In this document: positions 17,387-26,029 of the stretch, one piece after another
Layout: each line of letters opens with the position of its first letter
Position numbering within the stretch: position 1 is the first letter of the stretch
Sequence record: DRR723986_3511
Length of the DNA stretch: 33,010 bases
Strand: one strand, 5' to 3'
Made by a program: the position numbers and the translations under genes
The notes under the pieces: generated by a model
What the model saw: only the letters and a program-made list of their open reading frames with translations
What the model was told of the DNA's origin: nothing
The model's database searches: none

Positions 17387-18190
17387 ATGAACAAAAATTT
17401 ATTTTTAAAAGAACTCAAGAGAAATCGTAAAAATTTGATGATTTGGTCGAGTATTGTAATTGGATTTACCTTTATGGTTCTCGCTATTTTCCCTTATATG
17501 GCAGAAATGGGCGAAAGCATCACTTCATTAATGGAAAGCATCCCCCCAGAGATAGGAAAAGCAATGGGAATGGATGCAGATACTTGGTCTAGTATTTTAG
17601 GGTTTTATAGCACTTATTATGGCGTTTATATAATTGTTCTAGTAAGTATTTTTACAACTTCCACTGGCGCCACTATAATTTCTAAAGAAGAGAAAGATCA
17701 CACTTCTGAATTTCTTTTAACCAGACCTATTTCCAGAAAAGATATCGTTGTAACTAAATTGATATCATTATTCACCCTAAGCCTAATAATTTATGGCATT
17801 CAAACAACCGCTGCTGTAATCGGAATGGAACTATTCGCAGTAACAGAAGTAGATTGGTCGGTGTTTATTCAAATGCATGTATCTGGACTGGTATTAATTT
17901 TATTCTTTACTACTATTGGGGTTCTAATATCAATGTTTGTGACTCCTAAAAAGAATTTTATGGGAATTGTGGTTGGATTGACTTTCGGAACCTACTTTTT
18001 AAATGCAATTGGAAAATCAGCTGATGCCGTTTCATGGATTTCTTATTTCTCGCCTTTTAATTACTTAGAAATAACAAAAGATCCTACTGTTGCCTTTAAC
18101 TATTTAGCGGCCTGCATTCTTTTAACACTAGGAGTGGTAATGCTTATTTTATCGAATAAAATTTATGGAAAGAAAGATATTGCCGGATAA
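17387..18190 (+). CDS. ABC-2 type exporter permease
   Basis: About 6 TM helices, ISKEEKDHTSEFLLTRPISR motif, SPFNY and C-terminal KKDI. Confidence 0.9.
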   Translation: MNKNLFLKELKRNRKNLMIWSSIVIGFTFMVLAIFPYMAEMGESITSLMESIPPEIGKAMGMDADTWSSILGFYSTYYGVYIIVLVSIFTTSTGATIISKEEKDHTSEFLLTRPISRKDIVVTKLISLFTLSLIIYGIQTTAAVIGMELFAVTEVDWSVFIQMHVSGLVLILFFTTIGVLISMFVTPKKNFMGIVVGLTFGTYFLNAIGKSADAVSWISYFSPFNYLEITKDPTVAFNYLAACILLTLGVVMLILSNKIYGKKDIAG

Positions 18191-19342
18191 TTATTGAATC
18201 ATCATTTTGAAATCCTTTATTTTTTGATCAGCAATTACTGACCATAGGAACTTCTTTTTCACCAATTCAATTGAATTCGTTTTCATTTGGTTAATCTCTT
18301 CAGGAGAACAATTTATCAAGTCAAAAAGAGCTTTTTGAATTAACTCTGGCTGAGGTTCGTCTAACAAAGCTCCATTATCTTTAATTTGTCTTGACACCGC
18401 TCCAACATCAGTAGCTACGACTGCTAATCCACTCGCCATGGCCTCTAAAATAACAGTCGGCATTCCTTCTGAATGTGAAGGACAAACTAAAACATCAGAT
18501 TGGTGAAGCAATTCTTTTATTTTATCTGTGTTTCTGATCTCACCATGATACAATAAGCGTTTATCGTTCAATTGAACTTCTGGAGGAATTGGGCCTATAA
18601 AATGAAAAATAAAATCCAAATCCTCCCTTTTTAACAAGTTGGCTAAAGCTAAATTCAACTCTTCTATCCCTTTTCTGCGCTCGTTTCTTCCAATAAATAT
18701 GAATGTTCTTTTTTGGTTTCTAACTTGGTTTGCATCTGAGCCAACTACCCAGTCATCAGTAATACCATTTGATTGCAACAGAATTTTTTCGTCTCTAATA
18801 CCTAATTGACGAATAATTTTTCCGATTTGACCTCCAAAAGAATAAACATAATCGGCATTTTGAATATTATATTTTACAGCCTTTTTAAATAACTTATATT
18901 CAAGTTTAACTCTATTATTAGGTGGTTTTTGAAACATTTCAAATCCATGAAAATTCACTGCAATTGGCACTTTAACTTTTCCCTTTGTTTTTTGCCAAAT
19001 CATATACCAAGCAGTAAAACCTTGGGCATACACTAAATCGTACGCATCTAATCTATTACGAACCTCTTCAAATATTAGTTTTGAGTACTTCTTATTTTCT
19101 CTGATATAATGTCCGGGAAGCGGGTCGGTTTTAGGAAACGGGATCATAGTCTCTTCAACTTGGCTTGACAAAGGTTCAAATTGGCTCATAAATGCAATTT
19201 TAGAATACCCTTCACCTCCAATGTGAAAAACGTGCAACTCTATACCTCTCTCAACAAGTAACTTAGCTAATATTAAAGAATGCTTCTGCATCCCTCCTAT
19301 TTGAAAAGGATAAATTCCGTCGGTTAGAAACAGCACTTTCAT
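18191..19342 (-). CDS. Glycosyltransferase family 4 (GT-B)
   Basis: GGMQKH, FIGRNERRKG and PSHSEGMPTVILEAMASGLAVVATDVG (EX7E). Confidence 0.92.
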   Translation of the reverse strand: MKVLFLTDGIYPFQIGGMQKHSLILAKLLVERGIELHVFHIGGEGYSKIAFMSQFEPLSSQVEETMIPFPKTDPLPGHYIRENKKYSKLIFEEVRNRLDAYDLVYAQGFTAWYMIWQKTKGKVKVPIAVNFHGFEMFQKPPNNRVKLEYKLFKKAVKYNIQNADYVYSFGGQIGKIIRQLGIRDEKILLQSNGITDDWVVGSDANQVRNQKRTFIFIGRNERRKGIEELNLALANLLKREDLDFIFHFIGPIPPEVQLNDKRLLYHGEIRNTDKIKELLHQSDVLVCPSHSEGMPTVILEAMASGLAVVATDVGAVSRQIKDNGALLDEPQPELIQKALFDLINCSPEEINQMKTNSIELVKKKFLWSVIADQKIKDFKMMIQ

Positions 19343-19399
19343 TGCTTAAAGTTACACAAAATAAGATGGAATAAATGATAGCTGAAGGTCTTTCAAAAA

Positions 19400-20008
19400 T
19401 TAGTTGTTTGGCAATTTAATTAATCGTTTATAATCTTTGGTATAAACCAGAATTAGAGCGATAATTAAATTAGGTAGCCATCCCAACCAAGCAACCAATC
19501 GATACAAATCCATTGGGGGCATTTCAAAAATATAATTGACAATCAAGAATTTCCATAGCCGAAGAGATAGTGCAGAAAGGGTCAATGCATAACTCAAATA
19601 CATGAATTTCGCATGGCGTTCAATTTTTTTTCTCCGAATGGATCTATATGCCTCAAAAGTAAAATACCACCACAAAACAGCCAATAAAACGAATGCTGTT
19701 ACCGATAAAGGTCCTCCATTAGCAAAAATTCCCATAATAAATCCTGAAGGTGCTGCCAAAACCAGCACTGACACAATATATATTTTGCCAATTAGTCGGT
19801 GCGTTTTTCCCCAAATCAATCTCTTATTGAACTGTGTAAAACCGGCAATAACTGAAAAAATAGAAGTAAATACGTGTATGAAAAAAGCGACTATCCAAAC
19901 TGAAGATGCAGTCTCAGAAAACGACCTGAATACCCACTGCTTAATTCTTAAAAAAGCAACATCTGTTTCTAGATTTAAATAGGGCACGGATAATTGAATC
20001 ATCAACAC
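19400..20008 (-). CDS. DUF2306-like membrane protein (start uncertain)
   Basis: FFIHV...QF...HRLIGKIY...APSG...H.KFM..SYALT.SA..LR...AWLGWLPNL with multiple TM helices. Confidence 0.75.
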   Translation of the reverse strand: MLMIQLSVPYLNLETDVAFLRIKQWVFRSFSETASSVWIVAFFIHVFTSIFSVIAGFTQFNKRLIWGKTHRLIGKIYIVSVLVLAAPSGFIMGIFANGGPLSVTAFVLLAVLWWYFTFEAYRSIRRKKIERHAKFMYLSYALTLSALSLRLWKFLIVNYIFEMPPMDLYRLVAWLGWLPNLIIALILVYTKDYKRLIKLPNN

Positions 20009-20093
20009 GCATAAAAATGCGAGTAGAACTATTAAAGAAATATGATAAGCTTTTCTAAGAATTTTGTAATTTGCTTTAACGAAAACCTAAGAT

Positions 20094-20942
20094 ATGAATA
20101 AGAAATATAAATCACTTTACTTTTTACCGCTTGCGTTTGCACTATTCTCCTGCGGAGGTGAGACCGAAGAGTCTACTGATGCAGCTCCCAACGAAAACGT
20201 TGAGGTTATTGAAGAGACTGGAGACGCAGATCTGCTTGCTTCAACCACTATGGACCCAAGAACATTTGGCGGTGAGAAAAATGAATATCAAACCTTAATT
20301 GATGAGACTTTCCCTGTTGCCGATTATACCCAAGATAAAATTTTGGGTTCTTACGTTGGTTCTTTTGGCAAAAACATGATCAACATCACTATAACTGATG
20401 CCAAAGAATTTAAGGCCTCAGGGTATTCTGTTTGCGCTGGGAATTACAGACAAATTGAAGGAACATTCGATTTAATGGAAGATGCAAATTATACGTTTAC
20501 TTTAGAAGAACCAGGTGATGATAAGTATGATGGCAAGTTTGATTTTGCATTGAACGCCAATGAAAAAGAAATAAAAGGTAGCTGGGTACCTTTTATTAAA
20601 GAAGGAAATTCGAGTAAGGAATATACACTCAAGAAACGCAGTTATCAATACGATCCAACTGTTGGTAAATATCCTGAAGCTTCGCAAAGAGAATTAACAG
20701 ATGATGATTTAAATAACTTGTTAGAAGAAGATTTGACCGAAATGAGAAATGAAATCTACGCAAGACACGGTTACAGTTTTAAAAATAAAGACTGGCGATA
20801 TCATTTTGAAGCTCTTGATTGGTATATGCCTGTTGGTGTTGACATTAGACAAAAACTAACGGACATTGAGGTAACCAATATTGAATTAATCTATGAGTAC
20901 GAAAGCTACTTTCAAGATTATTATGACGATTACGGAAGGTAG
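20094..20942 (+). CDS. YARHG-domain lipoprotein
   Basis: Lipobox ALFSC, acidic linker and MRNEIYARHGYSFK...F...WY. Confidence 0.9.
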   Translation: MNKKYKSLYFLPLAFALFSCGGETEESTDAAPNENVEVIEETGDADLLASTTMDPRTFGGEKNEYQTLIDETFPVADYTQDKILGSYVGSFGKNMINITITDAKEFKASGYSVCAGNYRQIEGTFDLMEDANYTFTLEEPGDDKYDGKFDFALNANEKEIKGSWVPFIKEGNSSKEYTLKKRSYQYDPTVGKYPEASQRELTDDDLNNLLEEDLTEMRNEIYARHGYSFKNKDWRYHFEALDWYMPVGVDIRQKLTDIEVTNIELIYEYESYFQDYYDDYGR

Positions 20943-20979
20943 ACAAAGACTGCCTCTGTCGAAATCAGGGTTCTAACAC

Positions 20980-21014
20980 AAAAAAAACGTCCCGGGATTC
21001 CGAGACGTTTTTTT
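20980..21014. terminator. Bidirectional rho-independent terminator between convergent genes
   Basis: A8-CGTCCCGG-GATT-CCGAGACG-T7. The stem is fully paired (with a G-U) on the minus strand. Confidence 0.85.
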
Positions 21015-21030
21015 ATTCAATGACTTTTTT

Positions 21031-21777
21031 CTAATCTAACAAAGATCCAAAAACCTTTTTCAATAAATCTGTAACTTGAGCAACAGGATCTTTTCTAATC
21101 TTTCTTTCTTCTGCTTTCACTAAGGTGAATAATCCTTTCATTCCCTTATCTGTTGTATACTCTACCAAATCTGTGTTAACTTGTTCTTTTCCAGTAAACT
21201 TTGCAACCTTATTGTAGCCATTAGCCACTGGCTCCCAGTAAGTCGTCAACTTCACTTTTTCAATTGCATCTTTTACAACCGGTTTGAATTCTGTTTTTAA
21301 AGGAGCCGAAGTTGTTTTCATTAAGAACATAGTTGCCGCAGTATCTGCACCATTCAAAATTTCAAATCCATCTTGAACAGACATGTTAGTAATGGCATCA
21401 ACAAAAATCGGAACTGCTTTTTTAGAAGCTTCTTCAGCCGCTCTGTTAAAACTAGTTTCTATCTCATTCACTTTTCCATCAAAACCATTATTCATTCCCC
21501 ATTCTTTCACTTTCACAGCCTCTTCAGGCCAAGGAATATAAATCAAAGGGTTTTTATTAAATCCATCCACTGCAGAAGCTTTTGATGCGCCATTCTTAAT
21601 CCCCACTTGAAGCGCTTCTTTTAAACCAGCAATTACTTCACTATTCGTTAATGAAGGCTTAGTATCCCCTCCTGTTCCACTCGTTGTCCCTACAGATCCT
21701 GCAACATCCTCTAACACATCACAAGAAGCAAAACTTAATCCTGCAATAAGGCAAACGTATATTCCTAGTTTTTTCAT
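21031..21777 (-). CDS. DUF4197 family lipoprotein
   Basis: Lipobox FASC, EVIAGLKEALQVG, NRAAEEA, PIFVDAIT and EERKIRKDP...LLKKVFG. Start ATG 21777. Confidence 0.9.
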   Translation of the reverse strand: MKKLGIYVCLIAGLSFASCDVLEDVAGSVGTTSGTGGDTKPSLTNSEVIAGLKEALQVGIKNGASKASAVDGFNKNPLIYIPWPEEAVKVKEWGMNNGFDGKVNEIETSFNRAAEEASKKAVPIFVDAITNMSVQDGFEILNGADTAATMFLMKTTSAPLKTEFKPVVKDAIEKVKLTTYWEPVANGYNKVAKFTGKEQVNTDLVEYTTDKGMKGLFTLVKAEERKIRKDPVAQVTDLLKKVFGSLLD

Positions 21778-21827
21778 TTTCTTATCTTTTTTAATCGTCA
21801 TCAAACTTAATTAGTTTATTTATGTTT

Positions 21828-21844
21828 AGCAAATAGAATACCAA
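21828..21844 (-). promoter_or_regulatory. Putative sigma54 (-24/-12) promoter for DUF4197
   Basis: TTGGTATTCTATTTGCT = GG-N10-GC, matching TGGYAY-N5-TTGCW. Confidence 0.6.
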
Positions 21845-21847
21845 GAT

Positions 21848-21855
21848 TATCTTTG
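21848..21855 (+). promoter_or_regulatory. -7 promoter element for cinA
   Basis: TATCTTTG, 16 nt upstream of the ATG. Confidence 0.65.
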
Positions 21856-21871
21856 TACTAAAATCTGATCA

Positions 21872-23104
21872 ATGAAAGTAGATATTATTACCATTGGAGA
21901 CGAAATTTTAATTGGACAAACAGTCGATACGAACTCCGCATGGATGGGGGCAGAATTGAACAAAGTCGGCATCTCAATTCGTCAAATCACTTCCATATCA
22001 GACAATTCTACTGCCATTATAGAAAGCATTGAAAATTCACTACCAAACACTGATCTCATTTTTATCACTGGCGGATTAGGTCCAACAAAAGATGACATTA
22101 CAAAACATGTCCTCACCAATTATTTCAAAGATGAGTTAGTGATGTATCCAGATATTTGCGAAGAAATTGAAAATTACTTCGTTTCTGCCAATCGACCTTT
22201 TCTTGAAGTGAATCGTCAGCAAGCCATGTTGCCTAAAAAAGCGAAAATCATTCGCAACGACCTTGGAACAGCATCTGGAATGTGGTTTGAAACTATGGGT
22301 AAAGGCGTAATTTCAATGCCAGGCGTTCCGTATGAAATGAAGGGGTTGATGGCTAAAATAATTCCAGAGATTCTTGAAAAATATGATATTGATCCTTTCT
22401 ACCATCAAACCATATTACTTCAAGGTATTCCAGAGTCTGTATTAGCAGATCAAATAAAGGATATTGAAGATGCATTAAAAAAGGACGATATCAGCATTGC
22501 ATATTTGCCTTCAACGGGTATTATTAAAATTAGATTAACTGCCACAGTAACTAAAGCTGATTTAATCAAAGATTATTTAAATCAAATTGCTGAACGATTC
22601 CCTGGCGAACATTTCGGATTTGGTGCGCAAACCTTGCAAGCAGTCATAGGAGAAATGCTCTTAGCTGATAATAAAACCTTGGGCACTGTGGAAAGTTGCA
22701 CTGGAGGTGCAATTGCACAACGAATAGTTTCAACTCCAGGGTCATCTGCATATTACAAAGGCAGTATAGTAGCCTATGCCTATGAAACTAAAGAAAAAAT
22801 GGTGGATGTTGACCATAATGAATTGTGGAATCACGGAGCAGTGAGTCAACAGGTGGTAGAACAAATGGCCAAAGGAGGATTAGAAAAATTGAATGTTGAT
22901 TATTGCATATCAACATCTGGTATAGCTGGTCCTGATGGTGGAACAGATGAAAAACCTGTAGGTACCGTCTGGGTGGCCATTGCATCAAAAGATCGAGTTA
23001 TTTCAAAACGATTTCAATTCAGACAAAATCGAGAGCGAAACATTGAATCAACCGTTGTCTACAGTCTCAATTACTTAAGACGAATGATGGCAGGTCTGAC
23101 TTAA
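21872..23104 (+). CDS. cinA: CinA-like protein (MocF-like N-domain plus PncC NMN deamidase)
   Basis: IGDEILIGQTVDTNS, TGGLGPTKDDIT, MPGVPYEM, ESCTGG and SGIAGPDGGTDEKPVGTV. Confidence 0.93.
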   Translation: MKVDIITIGDEILIGQTVDTNSAWMGAELNKVGISIRQITSISDNSTAIIESIENSLPNTDLIFITGGLGPTKDDITKHVLTNYFKDELVMYPDICEEIENYFVSANRPFLEVNRQQAMLPKKAKIIRNDLGTASGMWFETMGKGVISMPGVPYEMKGLMAKIIPEILEKYDIDPFYHQTILLQGIPESVLADQIKDIEDALKKDDISIAYLPSTGIIKIRLTATVTKADLIKDYLNQIAERFPGEHFGFGAQTLQAVIGEMLLADNKTLGTVESCTGGAIAQRIVSTPGSSAYYKGSIVAYAYETKEKMVDVDHNELWNHGAVSQQVVEQMAKGGLEKLNVDYCISTSGIAGPDGGTDEKPVGTVWVAIASKDRVISKRFQFRQNRERNIESTVVYSLNYLRRMMAGLT

Positions 23105-23106
23105 TT

Positions 23107-24105
23107 TCACTTATAATAAGCCTCCAACTCCGCAATTAACTCTTCCTTCTTATTTGCATCAAGCAATGAATATTGGAAAGAGTTTTTAGCCAGTTGAAAC
23201 AATTCATCTTTTGTTAAATCCAGGGCAGCTTGTGTATCCAGATAATTTTGATTTACTTGTCCACCAAAATAAGCTGGATCATCTGAATTAATAGTAGCTT
23301 TTAATCCTAAGGCCATCATCTTTTTTAGTGGATGATCTTTCAAATCTTTCACCACTTGTAAGGCTGTATTTGACAATGGACAAACTGTTAGGGCTAAATC
23401 ACGCTTTACAATTTCTTTTACAAGCGCTTCATCTTGCAAACAATTGTTTCCGTGATCAATTCTCTTAATTTTAAGGATATCCAAGGCTTCCCAAACATAA
23501 TCAGCATCACCTTCTTCTCCGGCATGAGCTAATGGAATGTAGCCTTCTTCAACGGAAGCAGCAAATACCTTCTCAAATTTTGATGGTGGATTTCCTTTCT
23601 CAGAAGAATCCAAACCAACTGCAGTAATTAAATCCTTGAATGGCAAGGATTGTTTTAAGGTTTCAAAAGCGGCCTCTTCAGAAAGATGTCTCAAATATGA
23701 CATAATTAACAAGGAAGAAACTCCTAACTTTTCTTGAGCATCATTGCAAGCTCTTGAAATCCCTTTTATTACAGTTTCAAAAGCCACTCCCCTTTCAGTA
23801 TGTGTTTGAGGGTCAAACATGATCTCTGTATGACGCACATTCTGATCTGCACATTTTTGAAGGTAAGCCCAAGTCAAATCATAAAAATCTTGTTCTTGAA
23901 TCAAGACTCTAGCTCCTTGATAATAGATGTCTAAAAAATCTTGCAAACAGTCAAATTGATAAGCTGCCTTAATTTCTTCAACAGATTTAAAGGGAATCTC
24001 AATTTGGTTGCGTAGTGCAATTTCAAACATCAATTCAGGCTCAAATGTACCTTCTATATGTAAATGTAATTCTGCTTTTGGTAATCCCTCAATAAATTCT
24101 TTCAT
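23107..24105 (-). CDS. add: Adenosine/adenine deaminase
   Basis: PKAELHLHIEG, EIMFDPQTH, AHAGEE, RIDHG, VCPLSN and INSDDPAYFGG. Confidence 0.9.
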   Translation of the reverse strand: MKEFIEGLPKAELHLHIEGTFEPELMFEIALRNQIEIPFKSVEEIKAAYQFDCLQDFLDIYYQGARVLIQEQDFYDLTWAYLQKCADQNVRHTEIMFDPQTHTERGVAFETVIKGISRACNDAQEKLGVSSLLIMSYLRHLSEEAAFETLKQSLPFKDLITAVGLDSSEKGNPPSKFEKVFAASVEEGYIPLAHAGEEGDADYVWEALDILKIKRIDHGNNCLQDEALVKEIVKRDLALTVCPLSNTALQVVKDLKDHPLKKMMALGLKATINSDDPAYFGGQVNQNYLDTQAALDLTKDELFQLAKNSFQYSLLDANKKEELIAELEAYYK

Positions 24106-24216
24106 ACTATTCTTCTTCTAAAAATGGGCCCGTAAAAGTAGTGGTTTTAAACTACCTTTAATTGAATTGCATTGAATATTTAAACGATAAGATAAATTTT
24201 ACCAAAAAATAATTCA

Positions 24217-24224
24217 TATTTTTG
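24217..24224 (+). promoter_or_regulatory. -7 promoter element upstream of rpmB
   Basis: TATTTTTG followed by CAC. A second near-consensus TTACTTTGCAC lies at 24258-24268. Confidence 0.55.
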
Positions 24225-24335
24225 CACGCTTTACTTGTAAAACAAGAAAATAGTTAGTTACTTTGCACTCCCAAATTTTGGGTATTAGAAGATAACCATC
24301 CTTCGTTTTACTAGGGATGATAAAAAAATAAGAAG

Positions 24336-24572
24336 ATGTCAAGAGTTTGTCAATTAACAGGAAAGAAGGTAATGAGCGGGAACAACGTATCTCACGCATT
24401 AAACAGAACAAGAAGAAAGTTCTATCCTAACTTGATTACAAAGAAATTTTATATTCCAGAAGAAGATAAGTACGTTACTTTAAAGATTAGTACTTCTGCT
24501 TTAAGAACTATAAATAAAAAAGGAATCTCTGCTTGTTTAAAAGAAGCAAGAGCAAAAGGATTTATTAAATAG
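24336..24572 (+). CDS. rpmB: 50S ribosomal protein bL28
   Basis: [32 protein letters not shown]. Confidence 0.97.
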   Translation: MSRVCQLTGKKVMSGNNVSHALNRTRRKFYPNLITKKFYIPEEDKYVTLKISTSALRTINKKGISACLKEARAKGFIK

Positions 24573-24627
24573 ATTTTTCAGCCTGCTCATTTTTAATTGA
24601 GCATTAACTGATTAAAACAACATTACA

Positions 24628-24810
24628 ATGGCAAAAAAAGGAAACAGAGTTCAGGTGATTTTAGAGTGCACAGAGCACAAAGAATCAGGACAGCCAGGAA
24701 CGTCTAGATACGTAACGACTAAAAATCGTAAGAATACTCCAGATAGAATGGAATTGAAAAAATTCAACCCAATCTTAAAGAAGTATACAATTCATAAAGA
24801 AATTAAGTAA
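24628..24810 (+). CDS. rpmG: 50S ribosomal protein bL33
   Basis: [10 protein letters not shown]...[22 protein letters not shown]...HKEIK. Confidence 0.97.
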   Translation: MAKKGNRVQVILECTEHKESGQPGTSRYVTTKNRKNTPDRMELKKFNPILKKYTIHKEIK

Positions 24811-24851
24811 TACGAGAATCTGAATTGATTCTTTTATAAAAACGAAGAGAT

Positions 24852-25004
24852 ATGGCTAAGAAGACAGTAGCATCATTACAAACTGGAGGTGGTAAAGAGC
24901 ACACGAAAGTGATTAAAATGATCAAAAACGAAGGCGGTTCTTATTCTTTCAAAGAAGAAATCGTACACAACGATAAGGTAAAAGACTTTTTTGATAAAAA
25001 GTAA
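24852..25004 (+). CDS. DUF4295 family protein (Bacteroidota ribosomal protein bL38); not in the ORF track
   Basis: Translated by hand: MAKKTVASLQTGGGKEHTKVIKMIKNEGGSYSFKEEIVHNDKVKDFFDKK* (50 aa). Lies in the canonical position between rpmG and ftsY. Confidence 0.9.
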   Translation: MAKKTVASLQTGGGKEHTKVIKMIKNEGGSYSFKEEIVHNDKVKDFFDKK

Positions 25005-25030
25005 TTCCTTGTCTGAACAAAATTTAATTG

Positions 25031-25061
25031 AGCTTCTTCCTTCTTGGGAGAAGCTTTTTTT
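25031..25061 (+). terminator. Rho-independent terminator after the r-protein cluster
   Basis: AGCTTCTTCC-TTCTT-GGGAGAAGCT stem followed by a T-tract. Confidence 0.8.
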
Positions 25062-25072
25062 GCTAAATACCT

Positions 25073-26029
25073 ATGGGATTATTCAATAAGATCTTTTCGA
25101 AAGAAAAAAAAGAAAAACTTGACTCAGGTCTTGAAAAAACAAAAGAAAGTTTTTTATCTAAACTCACCAGAACAGTTGTTGGTAAATCTACAGTTGATGC
25201 AGAAGTACTAGATGATTTAGAAGAGGTGTTAATTACTTCTGATGTAGGAGTTGAAACCACGCTAAAAATCATTGACCGAATTGAAAACAGGGTTTCTAAA
25301 GACAAATACATAGGTACGGATGAACTCAATACCATTCTTAAAGAAGAAATCGCTGGGCTTTTAGAAGAAAACAATACCACTGACGCAGTTGAATTCACTG
25401 TTCCTATTCAGGAAAATGGGCCGCATGTCATTATGGTTGTTGGTGTAAATGGTGTTGGTAAAACAACCACAATTGGAAAATTATCAAATCAATTCAAAAA
25501 AGCAGGAAAATCTGTAGTTCTTGGAGCGGCAGATACCTTTAGAGCTGCTGCCGTAGATCAGTTAATTATCTGGTCAGAACGTGTTGGTGTTCCTATTGTG
25601 CAACAAGGCATGAATGCCGATCCTGCATCTGTAGCATTTGATACACTGCAATCAGCCAAAGCAAACAATGCGGACGTTGCTATTATTGATACAGCTGGTA
25701 GATTGCACAACAAAGTCAACCTCATGAACGAGCTGACTAAAATTAAAAACGTCATGGGAAAAGTAGTCCCAGGTGCTCCACATGAAATTCTCTTAGTTTT
25801 AGATGGATCTACAGGTCAAAATGCATTTGAGCAAGCCAAACAATTTTCATTGGCAACTGAAATTAATGCATTAGCAATTACAAAATTAGACGGTACAGCC
25901 AAAGGAGGTGTAGTTATCGGAATATCAGATCAAATGAAAATCCCAGTGAAATACATTGGGGTCGGAGAAGGAATTGATGATTTACAAGTCTTCAATAAAA
26001 CCGAATTCGTTGACTCTTTATTTAGCTAA
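25073..26029 (+). CDS. ftsY: Signal recognition particle receptor FtsY
   Basis: GVNGVGKTTT, DTFRAAA, DTAGRL and TKLDGTAKGG. Confidence 0.97.
   Translation: MGLFNKIFSKEKKEKLDSGLEKTKESFLSKLTRTVVGKSTVDAEVLDDLEEVLITSDVGVETTLKIIDRIENRVSKDKYIGTDELNTILKEEIAGLLEENNTTDAVEFTVPIQENGPHVIMVVGVNGVGKTTTIGKLSNQFKKAGKSVVLGAADTFRAAAVDQLIIWSERVGVPIVQQGMNADPASVAFDTLQSAKANNADVAIIDTAGRLHNKVNLMNELTKIKNVMGKVVPGAPHEILLVLDGSTGQNAFEQAKQFSLATEINALAITKLDGTAKGGVVIGISDQMKIPVKYIGVGEGIDDLQVFNKTEFVDSLFS

Noticed and set aside
24336-24810. bL28/bL33 lacking zinc-ribbon cysteines as zinc-starvation paralogues
   Set aside because: These are the usual Bacteroidota forms in the canonical operon.
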